64,000 bases of DNA, from NCBI RefSeq assembly GCF_018350175.1, contig NC_058368.1:121026001-121090000 (forward strand), given 5' to 3'. Source of the stretch: Felis catus (taxonomy: Eukaryota). Position 1 is the first letter of the stretch; every line of letters begins with the position of its first letter. The notes below the pieces were generated by a model that worked only from the letters and a program-made list of their open reading frames with translations, ran no database searches and had not been told where the DNA came from. The position numbers and the translations under genes are program-made. Positions 11,897 through 23,389 of this stretch are shown here, in pieces.

Positions 11897-12696
11897 AAAG
11901 AACAAAATAAGAGATAAAAGTGAAAATTAATATAGTAGAGAAATAGAAGAAATCTAATTCATAAATCAAAATCCTTGTTCTTTGAAGAGTATTAATAAAG
12001 TAGGCATATCATTAGTTCACCTAATTGAGAAAAAAGGCATGAAAGCACAAATATACAAAGAAATAATAAGAAATGGCCATTAAAACAAAACTTTAAAATC
12101 ATGAAATTACTTTGCATATCTCTATGCAAATAAATTTGAAAGCTTCTATCAAATAAATAATTGTTAAAGAAATACAGTGTACCAAAATTCCTCAAGTACA
12201 TTTAGAAAGCTTAAATGGGCTTATTTTCATAGATAAAAAGAGAGAAATTATCAAGGCTATACCGTACAAAAAACCATCTGGCCCAGAAGGTTTCACAATG
12301 AAATTTTACCAAACTGTCAATAACTAAATAGTCCCAATATAACAAAACTTGTACCCAAATCATAGAAAATAAAGGACTTTTGAAATAATTTTACGAAGCA
12401 AATATAACATTGATAACTAAATATGACATGGTCCAAATTTTTAAAAATAAAATTACCAACTAATACAATTTGTGACTATTAATGCAAAAATATTCAATAT
12501 TTATTAGCAAACAGAATTAATCACCACACTGAAAATAATATGCAATAACCAAGCAGGATTTGTTCTAGGCATGCAAGATACTATCAATATAGGAAATCTA
12601 TTACCAAAAAATACCATAAATCTAAGGAGAAAAATCACATTATGATCTGCATAAATGCTGAAAACTTTTTAAAAATTCAATACTCATTCCCAATAA

Positions 12697-12726
12697 ACAC
12701 ACACACACACACACATACACACACAC
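12697..12726. repeat. (CA)n microsatellite
   Basis: About 15 CA units with one interruption. Confidence 0.95.
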
Positions 12727-12769
12727 CATGATTCCAAAACTGCATCTTAATGTAAAAACACTACAGATA

Positions 12770-13277
12770 TGTGCCATATGTGTACCTCCAAAATGATCCC
12801 AATGTTCCCCTTTTCCATGTATTCACTTCTTTGTATAGACTTTTCCCACCCTGAAGATCAATGCAAATCTGTGTACTCAATTACACAAATCACAGAAATG
12901 ATGTTGTATGACACCCAATGCTAAGCTAAAAAAAAAAAAATGATTGTAGTTTCCACCTTGTTCTCTCTCTTGGATCATCTGTCCAGTGAAAGCCAGTTGC
13001 CATGTTTTGAGGACACTCAAAACCATGACCTCCCAACAGCCGGCACCAACTTGCCAGCCACGTGAGCAAGCCATCTTAGAAACATAAGCTTAGCCTCAGG
13101 TCTCCACAGCCTCAGCCACAGTCCTGACAACTATTTCATGAGAGATCCTCAAGCCGGAATCACCCAGTTCGGTCACTCCTGACCCATGGAAAATGTGTGA
13201 GGTAATAAATAGTTATTATCACTTTGAGCTGCTAAGTTTAGAGGTAATTTGTTATGCAGCAAGAGGTAACTAGTACA
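12770..13277 (+). mobile_element. MaLR solo LTR (MLT1F-like)
   Basis: agccagttgccatgttttgaggacactcaa; caccaacttgccagccacgtgag; 3' end gctaagtttagaggtaatttgttatgcagcaagaggtaactagtaca. Confidence 0.88.
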
Positions 13278-13296
13278 ACCTGTAGAGGAAAAACCT

Positions 13297-13493
13297 GGGG
13301 CACCCAGGTGGCTCAGTTGGTTAAGTGTCCCACTCTTGATTTTGACTCAGGTCATGAGCTCATGGTTTGTGAGACAAATCCCCACGTGGGGCTCTGTGCT
13401 GTCAGTGTGGAGCCTGCTTGGGAGTCCCTCTTATTCTCTCTCTCTCTCTCTCTTTCCTCCAAAATAAATACATAAACTTAAAAAAAAAAAAAA
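13297..13493 (+). mobile_element. SINEC (c/Fc3-like)
   Basis: ggggcacccaggtggctcagttggttaagtgtcccactcttgattttgactcagg. Confidence 0.92.
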
Positions 13494-13950
13494 GGAAAGA
13501 AAAAAAGAAAACCTTAAAAACACTACTAAAAGACCCAAAATCAGATTTGAAGAATCAGAGACACAGCTCTTATTCATGGAGATGATAGCTCAGCAATATA
13601 AAAAGCTGACTGCTCCCTACATCTACTAATTTGTAACTTAAGGCAATAGCAATTACAATACTAAGAAGGTTTTTTATGAAGCTAGATAAGTTGCAACAGA
13701 AGTTCATAAGGAAAAGTAAACAGACATGAATAGCTAACTATTGCACAGCTATGAAAAGGGACTATCCATACCAGATATTAAAACAGTCAATAAAGATTCT
13801 GTAATTGAAACCATGTGGTGGTTCTGGCACATAAGCAAGCACAAAGACTGCAATAGAACACAAGGCCCAGACAAGGGCTCAAGCAGCTATGGAAATCTTA
13901 CATATGATAAAGGTGTCTCTCAAACCCCTGGGGACAAAGACGAACTTTTT

Positions 13951-14171
13951 TTTTTAATTGTTTTTCAACGTTTATTTATTTTTGGGGGGACAGAGAGAGA
14001 CAGAGCATGAACGGGGGAGGGGCAGAGAGAGAGGGAGACACAGAAGCGGAAACAGGCTCCAGGCTCTGAGCCATCAGCCCAGAGCCTGACGCGGGGCTCG
14101 AACTCACGGACCGCGAGATCGTGACCTGGCTGAAGTCGGACGCTTAACCGAATGCGCTACCCAGGCGCCCC
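13951..14171 (-). mobile_element. SINEC_Fc, young
   Basis: Near-consensus with CpGs intact; perfect 17-bp TSD acaaagacgaacttttt at 13934-13950 and 14173-14189. Confidence 0.97.
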
Positions 14172-15767
14172 TACAAAGACGAACTTTTTAAAAAATGGTA
14201 CTGAGACAACTGGATAGTCTTTTAGAAAAAAATGCAATTAAATGTATTCCTCACAACATATGTAAAAAAGAACTCCAAATAGATCCAGGGATATAAAATG
14301 TAAAATTTACTTATGCAAATATAAAGGTACAAAATAAAACCATGTAAGTACTGGATGAAAACATAGTTGAATTTATCTATAACATGAGTATAAGAAAAGT
14401 TTCTAAGACTTAAAATCCAGTTGAAAAAAAATTTTAAAGATAAATTTGACTACATAAAATTAACGTTTTTTTTCATGGAAAAAAACCAGCCAAATTAACT
14501 GACAAATGACAAGTTGAGGAAGAATATTTTCATCACAATATATCACAGATAAAAATGTATTCTCTTTAATGTACTTAAAAACTCTTAAAAAAAACTCTTA
14601 AAGAGGAAAAATGACCAAAACCTCAATAGAACAATGAATTAAAGGCACAAGCAAATCATAAAAAAGATGTACAATGGTCCTCAGTCACATGAAACCATTT
14701 CAATTTTACTTATAATAAGAGAAAAGCAAATAAAATTACACTGAGGTACCATTTCTCTTCTCTCAGTTTGGCAAAAAATTTAAAAGCTTGGCAACATATT
14801 TTGCTGGCAAGATTGTGGAACCCTTCTTTCATTGCTAGTGGGAATATAGATGATATAACCCTTGCAGTGGGGAATTTGGCAATCTCTAACAAAATTACAT
14901 ATGCATTTCCTTTTCATTTAGCAATCCCAGTTCTAGGAATCTATCCTGAAGATACACCTCCAACAGTAAAAAAATACACATACATTAGATTATCCACTGG
15001 AACGTTATTTGTAAATGTAAAATATCGGCAATGACTTAAATGTCTATACGTAGGGGACAATAAATTATGATGCATACACACAATAGGGTGGTTTATAATA
15101 AAGAACTAAAAAAAGATCTCTATGAGCTAATATGAAGTGAGTTCAGCCCATATAGATGTGACAAATGCAAAATGAAAATACATTTATATTCCCTTATTTT
15201 GCCATGGACACAAAGTGTCTACATAAAAGTAGCTAGTTACAAAGAAAAAAATGGCTGACTCATGTTAGTTAAGTGACCAAAGTTAACGCCTTCAATGATA
15301 TTAGAAATTGACATCATATGCCTCCTGACATGATGCCCTGAGAATGCAATATCACCTTTTTAGTATTTCTGCAAAAAAAAAAAAAAAAAAAAATCTATCA
15401 TCATGAGGAAATATCACACAAATACAAATTTAGGAACAATCTACAGAATAAAATGTTAAGAGTATGAAAAATAAAGAATCCTGAGGGACAGAAAGAAAGG
15501 AAGGAAATAGCAGAGATGTGACCGGTAGAATCCTGGATTGGAGGGAGAAAATAACTATAAAATTCAATTATCAAGACAAATGGCAAAATCCAAACTTGTA
15601 TAGAGGATTAGATGATATTGAATCAATGTTAAATTTTCTTATTCCATGCTTGTACTCTGGTTATAGCTTGATCCTGTTCTTAGGAAACACACACTGAAAT
15701 AATAAGGAGTAAAGAAATAGAATGTTTGCCATTTATTCACAAATGCTTATTTAAAAATATAAATTAT

Positions 15768-15769
<2 letters not shown>

Positions 15770-15806
<37 letters not shown>

Positions 15807-15826
15807 TGTGTGTGTGTGTCTGTGTG
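15770..15826. repeat. (TG)n microsatellite
   Basis: About 28 TG units with two TC interruptions. Confidence 0.95.
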
Positions 15827-15999
15827 GCAAGAGACAGAGACAGGGTGGGCGAGAGAGTAAGGGAGAAAGAGAGAAAATTCAGTAAATGGAATAAAATGTT
15901 AAAATTAGTGAGCCTGAATAAATATTAGAGTTCTTATATATTAGTTTTGCAACTCTTCTTTGAGTTTGAAGTTCAAAATAAACAGTTTTTTAAATGTGC

Positions 16000-16455
16000 A
16001 TTTCTGTTTAACAAGTGACAACATCCACTAGTGGCTGAAAACATGGGAGAAGTTATTTGGAAGGTCTAAAATTGACAAGGCCATAACTGAACATAAAAGG
16101 AATTCCTGCAAAGGAGCAAGAACAAACAGCAATCCCAATAGCATAAAAGACAAAAACCATGAACAGAGAATTTATGGAGGTGGGAACCCCAAAAATCTAT
16201 CAAGCATATAAAAGAAAGTGCTCAGAATCATTGATAGTTTGAGAAATGCAAATTTTAAAAAATGAGATATTACTTAAGTTTATCAATTTACAAACATTAA
16301 AATTCTAAACATGTCTAAGGGTTGGTAGAAACATGGGGATGTAAGAACCTTCTGGTTTGCTAACAGATATATATATATATATATATGGAAATATAAACCA
16401 GTATAGCCATTCTATATAACAATCTGGCACTACTTAATCAAATTAAATACATACG
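16000..16455 (+). mobile_element. Old L1 ORF2 3' segment, right half of the element split at 6237
   Basis: ttctgtttaacaag...atgggagaagttatttgg...ccatgaacagagaattt...gagaaatgcaaatt continues ORF2 where 5320-6237 stops. Confidence 0.6.
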
Positions 16456-16459
16456 CATT

Positions 16460-16910
16460 TTTAAAGAAAAACTTCACTGGACACTTGTTAAAAATGTTAA
16501 GGAAGACTTATTTAAGACTATTGCAACTTAGGAGAGAGACTAAATTCAATTCTGCTGAGACAAAAGGCAGTAGAATGTTTAAATGCTGGGGTGAGCTAAT
16601 AGGAAAGTACTGGAGGACATTCACAGTGAGGTTGGTTCATGTGATTAGGACTTCTGTGTTCAATGATTGTTACTTTTCAAGAGTTAGGCTCCTACCCTCC
16701 CACAGACACTCAAATAGGGACAATCTCTTTCCTTGATTACAATTCACAGGTCCTTGAGAAACACATTTCTGGGTTGTGGAATCTTTACAATACAAATGTA
16801 AGTTATCTAAAGAAAATATACTGAGAAAGGAAAAGTCAGGGGCTTACAATCAGGAAAAAAACTTTTCCAAATCTCAGTAAAGCTGAGGGGGGTGTTAAGG
16901 CAGTCTAATC
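16460..16910 (-). mobile_element. ERV1 solo LTR (MER31/MER67 group)
   Basis: ttaaagaaaaac...gacacttgttaaa...aggaagactt at one end; agttatctaaag...gtcaggggc...aagctgaggg...ttaaggc at the other. Confidence 0.72.
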
Positions 16911-17289
16911 AACATCCACCAGTAGCTCCACTCCTGATGATGGAGGCATGGAAAGGTGAGACAAAGAGAAAAAGAGCGAGGGAGGGAGGGAGCGAGAGAG
17001 AACAAGTAGATATATACCAGTATGTCCAACTAAAGAATGTATTGAGGACCAGGGAATCAGAGCCCCCATGGTGCCCAAGCATGGATAAGCCAAATATGGT
17101 GGGTACATATTATGCTGATTATGTGTCAATTGTTCCTCAGCATATTCCTTCATCCTGATGTTTGCATCAACTGTAGCTTTGCACCTTGACAGCTTCCTAT
17201 CCTACCATGTATCTATCAACTTTTCAGATTCAGGCTGTCTCCCAGACAGTGGGAGCTTGCTCCACCCACACACATTGCACACTGGCTCT

Positions 17290-17460
17290 TAAGGCTTCTG
17301 TATGGAAGTGACTCATGGCTCTCCTGGTAGCATTCCACTAGCCAAACTGATTCACTTGCTCATGGCCAATTTCAGCAAATCAAAGAAAAATTCAATCCTA
17401 CCATATGCACAAAAGGTAGAGAACAGGTACTATTTAATGAGCTGTACTAACACTAGCACA
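17290..17460 (-). mobile_element. Old MaLR LTR fragment (MLT1J/K/L-like)
   Basis: ggaagtgactc...cattccactagcca...aatcctaccatatgc...actaacactagcaca. Confidence 0.55.
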
Positions 17461-18888
17461 CTGTCAAAATACCATATTTAAGGTTGTTTTGACAAGTCAA
17501 GAGAGACATAAAGATTCATGACAAGTAACCATTTGTGATTTTACTGAGGCATGAATTTGAATCATGCATGGAGGATGAAGATGGCTGGAGAAAGTACCAA
17601 AGCAAATTTCTTATCTAAGAATAAACCAAGTTAAGTGCCCAACATCCACATCATTTCCTATCACACTGAAACTTTGTTGTTCTCTGCTGTAGTAAATGTA
17701 CTAATACATATAAAGTAAATTTAAGTTCCATAGGGGAAATTATCTTCTATAAATCTGGGGACTATCAGAGTTCCTGGGACATTTAGTTTTGAACATAAGA
17801 GCCCATTCATTGACTCATCAATCACATCTATTGATCATGGCAAATGTTCACATCAACTACTGTTCTCAGCCACAGTGCCTCTCATTTCATAAGATTCACG
17901 GTGACTAAGATGCATACTGACTGGAATTCAATGAGTCCTATGTATCAGACACAGCCAAACATCAAAGTGGTCTGGGAACTGTGGAGTTCTTTATCCCAAG
18001 TTGTCAGCATGACTTAGGAAAGAGCACAGAATGTGGAGAAGAGACTCACTAGCTGAATAATCTTAGGCATGACATTGACCCATTTTTAGCCTCAGTGTCT
18101 TTGTCAGAAAATGAAGCTATACTACAGCGAGTCATTTCCCTCTTCCTTGCCTTTTTTTTTTCCTTGAACTCCTCACTCCTATTAAAATTATGCAGTAAGA
18201 AACTGTCAAAACTAGCAAAGAGTTTATTTTTTCCATTCTGAAGAATCTAAATATCCAAGGGTCCTTCTATAAAGGGAGACCAAGGCCATAAGGGTCTACT
18301 TTTCACCTTTCAGCAGGGACCAGAGTAGAGGACCTGACTCCAGAAGGGAACCAGAACCGTGAGGAATAGCAAAGAGAGAAGGAGATCACAGAAACTAGAA
18401 GCCCCTGAATGATCTCTTAATGTAGATTGAAAGGGGGTTCAATGAGGAAAGTAAAAACCTCTTGTACATCACCTCCTATATTTTCATACCTTAATGCCAG
18501 TCTGGACATTTCATGAAGAACCAATGGTTAAAATAATAACACTATCACCAAAGGCAGGTGTAAATCAATAGGTTTTCAAATTACAAAATGTTATATATAA
18601 AAGTGAGGGATTATAATTATGACCTCAAGGGTTAAGTGTGTTTCACTGTAGAATTCCTCAGAGAGCAAGTGGGTGGGGGCAGATTTGAAGTCCTTCAATT
18701 TGCTGGATCGAGAACCAATACTTAGAATTTTCATGCCCTGACTCTCTCCCTATCTGCTCTATTGAGGACTCTCTCAGTTTTGTGGAATTTTATTCCACAC
18801 AAGCACAAAGGCATGCCAGTTAGAAAAAATGTGTCCAACTAAAATAATCCTTAGATCTGGGAGAGTTCTTATACAGATAACTTGGGGA

Positions 18889-19100
18889 AGTGTTGTCCAT
18901 TAGAATTTTCTGTGATGGCAGGCATGATCTATGCTGTGCTATGCTATGCTAGACAGTAAGCAGCCACTAGCCACAGATGGCTACCGAGCACTTCAAATGT
19001 GGCTAGTGTGACTGAGAAATCTACTTTTCAATTTTATATCATCTTACATTGAATTAAAATACTCACACGAGGCTAGTGACTACAGTGTTGAATAGTGCAG
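18889..19100. mobile_element. MER3 (hAT-Charlie)
   Basis: tgttgtccattagaattttctgtgatgg...gcagccactagccacagatggctaccgagcacttcaaatgtggctagtg...gtgcag. Confidence 0.88.
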
Positions 19101-19105
19101 ATTAA

Positions 19106-19517
19106 AGAGAAGGTTCTTGACCTATAGACCTCCTAGTGTCCAAGAGTAGCTTTCAGAAGACACACAAATTCACCTAAAATTGTATTTGAAACATAGTGTT
19201 GCAACACAATACTATTTATCTTTCAATAATACATAGCTCGGTGTATCTCCAGGGGTGGAGGTGGAGATGGGGATGGGAGGTCAAAGTGAAAATAAAATAA
19301 CATGAAATGAAATAAAATAGAATAAAAAGAAGAAGATGGATCTGCACAAACTGATAATTGGATCAAGAACTAATAAGTGTAATAACTCAACTCTTTGTAC
19401 CCAAGATACAAAAAAGAAAGAAAACATGATCTGTATGGGTATTCTTCAGGGTCAGACTTAGCTTTCATCAAGTTCTCAAAGAGGTGCAAGATTCCACCAA
19501 AATATCAAGAATCTCTG
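19106..19517. mobile_element. Charlie4z/MER103-like hAT element with a ~230-bp A-tailed insert
   Basis: aggttcttgacct...ctaaaattgtatttgaaa and tagctttcatcaagttctcaaagagg...aagaatctctg flank an insert at about 19195-19425. Confidence 0.55.
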
Positions 19518-20071
19518 AGCCAGGGGTGAAAAATACCAGAACAGAGGGATGGGAGTAGAATGTAGTTTGGTTAAATAATAGACAGTTTTTATCTGACAGA
19601 GTTGGGATTGGCAGTTGGCTAGTTAACCAAGAAAGTGACAAATTTCATCTTAAAGTGAGAAAACATAAAAAAAATAGTACTCCTACATTTACAATATTTT
19701 ATTTCAATTTATAATAAATGAAAATACACATATTTGCCTTTACCAGTCTTCTGGTGTGGAGCCAAGGACTTTTCTTTGTGAATGAGTGTACTGACTAGAT
19801 TTCTGTATTATATTTCTTCCAAAAAATCAAAACCATAAAGAATTTTCTGGTTTCTGGTGTGTTTCTCTAAATGGAGCAAGAACATACAGACACTTCCACA
19901 AGAAATCTAAGTATGGAATCCTTCTTGACTTTCACGATTTGGCCAAAATGTTAGAGCCATCTAACCCACATCTAATTCAAAAGCAATTTTTTTCACTGTT
20001 AACGAGTCTTTCCAAAGCAAGAAACTGGATTTCATAAAAACATCCTCTCTCTTCTCTCAAATGTTAAAGGT

Positions 20072-20525
20072 TGTGGTGGTAAGCAAAATAATGGTCCCCC
20101 CAAAATGCCCATAGTTTAATCCTCAGACTCAATGAATATGTTACTTTACAGGAAAAAAAGGACTGTGGGGTATGATTAAATTAATGATCTTGAAATGGAG
20201 AGGTTATGCTGGTAAGCCCAATGTAATCATAGAGGTCCTTGTGAAAGACAGAGGTGGAGAGTCGGACAGTAATTTGAGAATGCTACACTACTGGCTTAAG
20301 ATGGAGAAAGGAGCCAGCCACAAGGTAAGGAATATTGGTGGCATCTCAAAGCTGAGAAAGGAAGGGAATAGATTCTCCCTTAGAGCCTTGGGAAGGAAGG
20401 CAGCATCTTGATTTCAGTCCAGGGAAACCCATTTCAGGCTGACACTTAGTAAGGTAATAAATTTGTATTGTTTTAAGCCACCAGGTTTGTCCTATTTATT
20501 AAAGCAGCAATAGGAAACTAATACA
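20072..20525 (+). mobile_element. MaLR solo LTR (MLT1D-like)
   Basis: tgtggtggtaagcaaaataatggtcccccaaa...gaatatgttactttac...aataaatttgtattgttttaagccacc...gcagcaataggaaactaataca. Confidence 0.92.
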
Positions 20526-21329
20526 GAGTTTACATAACAGTTAATTAAATAATTATAATGAACACAAACTGATTTAGGATGCAAGCAACCCTTGCAAAAC
20601 ATGTAATTCAACATTGGAGACCAGAAGTCTACAAACATGAGTGAGGTATGCTAGCAGTGGTTATTCAGGGTGATTGGGGCATCAATCAGCATGTTTTTTT
20701 GGAAAACGGGGAGCATTCATTAATTAACAGCCAACCAAGCTGTTAATTCTCAGAGAGAACACCTATTTTATTGGCCCTTTTAGAAGAGGTCACTAGATGC
20801 CAGGCACTGTACTAATCATTTTACAACAATTCTATAAATATACACTAATTTCAATTATTTTTCACCAATGAGGAAGCTTAAATTCAAAGTTTTTTAAGGT
20901 CCCTTCCCAGCCTGAGTTTCTATACTTTCCAGATGCTAACACAAACACCTCATGTTATAGATGAAAAAATCGCAATTAGTCTAACCAATTCTAGCTCTAT
21001 CACCAAAGTAGTCAAGATCATAGCAAGAAAGAGAATAATCAAACAGGGTCACTTGAAAGCAAGTGAGTTAAGAACTTTTCACAAGACACGTTTTACACAT
21101 ATACTCAGAAACATATCAAGTAAGTCACAATAGAGTTTATTATTCCAACTCAGGGAAATAAGGCAAATAAGATAGGATGACAATGACGTGACATGGTATA
21201 AGTAATATCCTTTGTAACCAGGAAATATAAATCAAGAGACATACAGACAACTCTCTTTGATGGATCTAGCATTACACGGCATTACTATGAAATTTCATTT
21301 GAGGTTTGATAAATATGTGGCCGCACAAT

Positions 21330-21465
21330 CACTACAGTTCAGCCACTTACTGGCTGTGTCACTTAACCCATTGTGAGCCTTTGATTCTTCATGTGTAAAT
21401 CGCCTTCTACCCTCTTCACAGGGTTGCTTCATGGACTGAGATAATGGATATGGGATCACTTAATA
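21330..21465 (+). mobile_element. MIR fragment
   Basis: agccacttactggctgtgtcacttaaccc...tgagcct...tcacagggttg. Confidence 0.7.
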
Positions 21466-21699
21466 AATAAACCAAAACATCCCCTACAGATAAGGGAGAT
21501 TAAGATCAATATAACCAACTATGTCATGCTAGGAAAGCAGTCTACTTAGAGCTCCCTCTGTAGTGAGTAGAATTTTAGGTCCTAAGACTAATGCTGGGTT
21601 TTAAAACCTTGCTGGTGTTACAGGCTTGTCACACAGGACCTCTCATCACGGCCTCTGATGTCTGGGAAATGCAAATTAAGTATCATTTTAAAATAAAGC

Positions 21700-21998
21700 A
21701 AGAACCAAACAGTTGGACATAGGGGAAGGAAAGGAAAAATTAGATAAAAACAGAGAGGGAAGCAAACCATAAGGGCTTCTGAATACGGAGAACAAACTGA
21801 GGGTTGCTGGAGGGCTGGTGGGTGGGGGGATGGGCTAAGGGGGTAATGGGCATTCGGGAGGACACTTGTTGCAATGAGCATTGGGTGTTGTAGGTAAGTG
21901 ATGAATCACTGGGTTCCACTCCTGAAACCAATACTGTGCTGTATGTTAACGAACTTGAATTTAAATAAATAAGTTAAGAAATAAAATAAAATAATAAA
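21700..21998 (+). mobile_element. Carnivore L1 3'UTR fragment
   Basis: agagagggaagcaaaccataag...aacaaactgagggttgctggaggg...gatgaatcactgggttccactcctgaaacc...gtatgttaac plus A tail. Confidence 0.9.
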
Positions 21999-22494
21999 AC
22001 AAGATGACAAGTTAAACTCTAGGCAGGTTCCTTTGCAATGACAACCTAACACTCCAACTGGTTCTTGTTAAAATGGTTTCATTAAATCCAACTGCTCAAT
22101 TCCCCCTTGCAATATACGGTATTAATTGTTGTTATGTAGTCAGGCCACAGACACATTATAAAATTAATATGCCAAAATCACAAGCACTTTGGCCTTTATT
22201 TTTTTTAAGTTTTACCCACATTCTTTAAAGTATAAACAATATAGTGATGACTGTGCTGCCCAGACTGCTTTTGTGAGAAAAATATTTTTGTTTGAATGCA
22301 TGAACTGATAAGTCAGAATAGATGCTAAGTGATTTATGAAAAGGATTGTCTTAATTTTATATCTTTCATATTCCTGAGCAAAATATTTGTTTAATAAGCA
22401 CTGGAAAGGAGAGGATGGTAAGTGGGTAAACAACTGATGTGGAGACAATTCACAAAAAACATGCAAATGATCGTAATAATATTAAAAAAAAACC

Positions 22495-22612
22495 TTTCAA
22501 CTATGAGCTCTATGAGAACTTGGACTTTGTTTAGTAAACTGTTCTATCTCCACAGCCTCCCACAGAGCTTGGGATATAGTAGATACTCAATATTTATTGA
22601 CAGGATAAATAA
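22495..22612 (+). mobile_element. L2 3' end
   Basis: actatgagctctatgagaac...atagtagatactcaatatttattga. Confidence 0.65.
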
Positions 22613-22933
22613 ACTTTCCTGCTATTCAAATAAGTACAAAATAAAACCATAATAAGATGTCATTATTCTTTATAACCCAAATTTATTTTCTCTGTCATAA
22701 AACCCAATGTTGACAGGGTATAGAAAGAGAAGATTTCTATATAATTCTATTTTGGAAATTATTTGGGGGATGGAGAGAGAGAAATGAGAGTGAATGAGGG
22801 AAAGAGAAGGAAAAGAAATTAGAGATGGAGCATCTTTAAGTTTACCATTCCAACTCCCTCATTTTGCAAATGACAATGTTGCTCACTTATTCAAGATGGG
22901 ACCAACTCCTGCCCTCAAGAAGTTTACAGCCAA

Positions 22934-23080
22934 GGGGCACCGGATGTTTCAGCTGGTTAAGCATGTGACACTTGATTTTGGCTCATGTCACGATCTCACG
23001 GTAAGTTCGAGCCCCACATCCGTCTCTGTGATGACAACATAGAGCTTGCTTAGGATTCTCTCTCTGGTCCAGCTTGCTCG

Positions 23081-23116
<36 letters not shown>

Positions 23117-23156
23117 CTCTCTCTCTCTCAAAATAAATAAACGTCAAAAAAAAAGG
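22934..23156 (+). mobile_element. SINEC (c/Fc3-like)
   Basis: ggggcaccggatgtttcagctggttaagcatgtgac, long (CT)n and A tail. Confidence 0.9.
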
Positions 23157-23173
23157 AAGAAATTTACAATCAT

Positions 23174-23389
23174 GGGGTGCCTGGGTGGCTCAGTCAGTTA
23201 ATCGTCTGACTTTGGCTCAGGTCATGATCTCGCGGTCCGTGAGATTGAGCCCCACGTCAGGCTCTGTGCTGACAGCTCACAACTTGGAGCCTGCTTCAGG
23301 TTCTGTGTCTCCCTTTCTCTCTGCCCCTCCCACTTGCACTGTCTCTCTCTCAAAAATAAGCAAAAAAAACCTTTTTTAATAAAAATTAA
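23174..23389 (+). mobile_element. SINEC_Fc2-like
   Basis: ggggtgcctgggtggctcagtcagttaatcgtctgactttggctcaggtcatgatctcgcgg. Confidence 0.95.

Larger units (their letters stand above)
6238..15992 (+). mobile_element. Near-full-length ancient L1 (L1MC/L1ME-era), decayed, with many nested insertions
   Basis: Putative 5'UTR about 6240-7250; ORF1 remnant about 8100-8830 (ggattttatatccagctaagctgttcttcagtatgaaggc); ORF2 endonuclease remnant from about 10360 (aaatgtgaattggcttaattc = NVNGLN-like); ORF2 continues to about 15100; L1MC-type 3'UTR 15200-15990. Confidence 0.72.
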
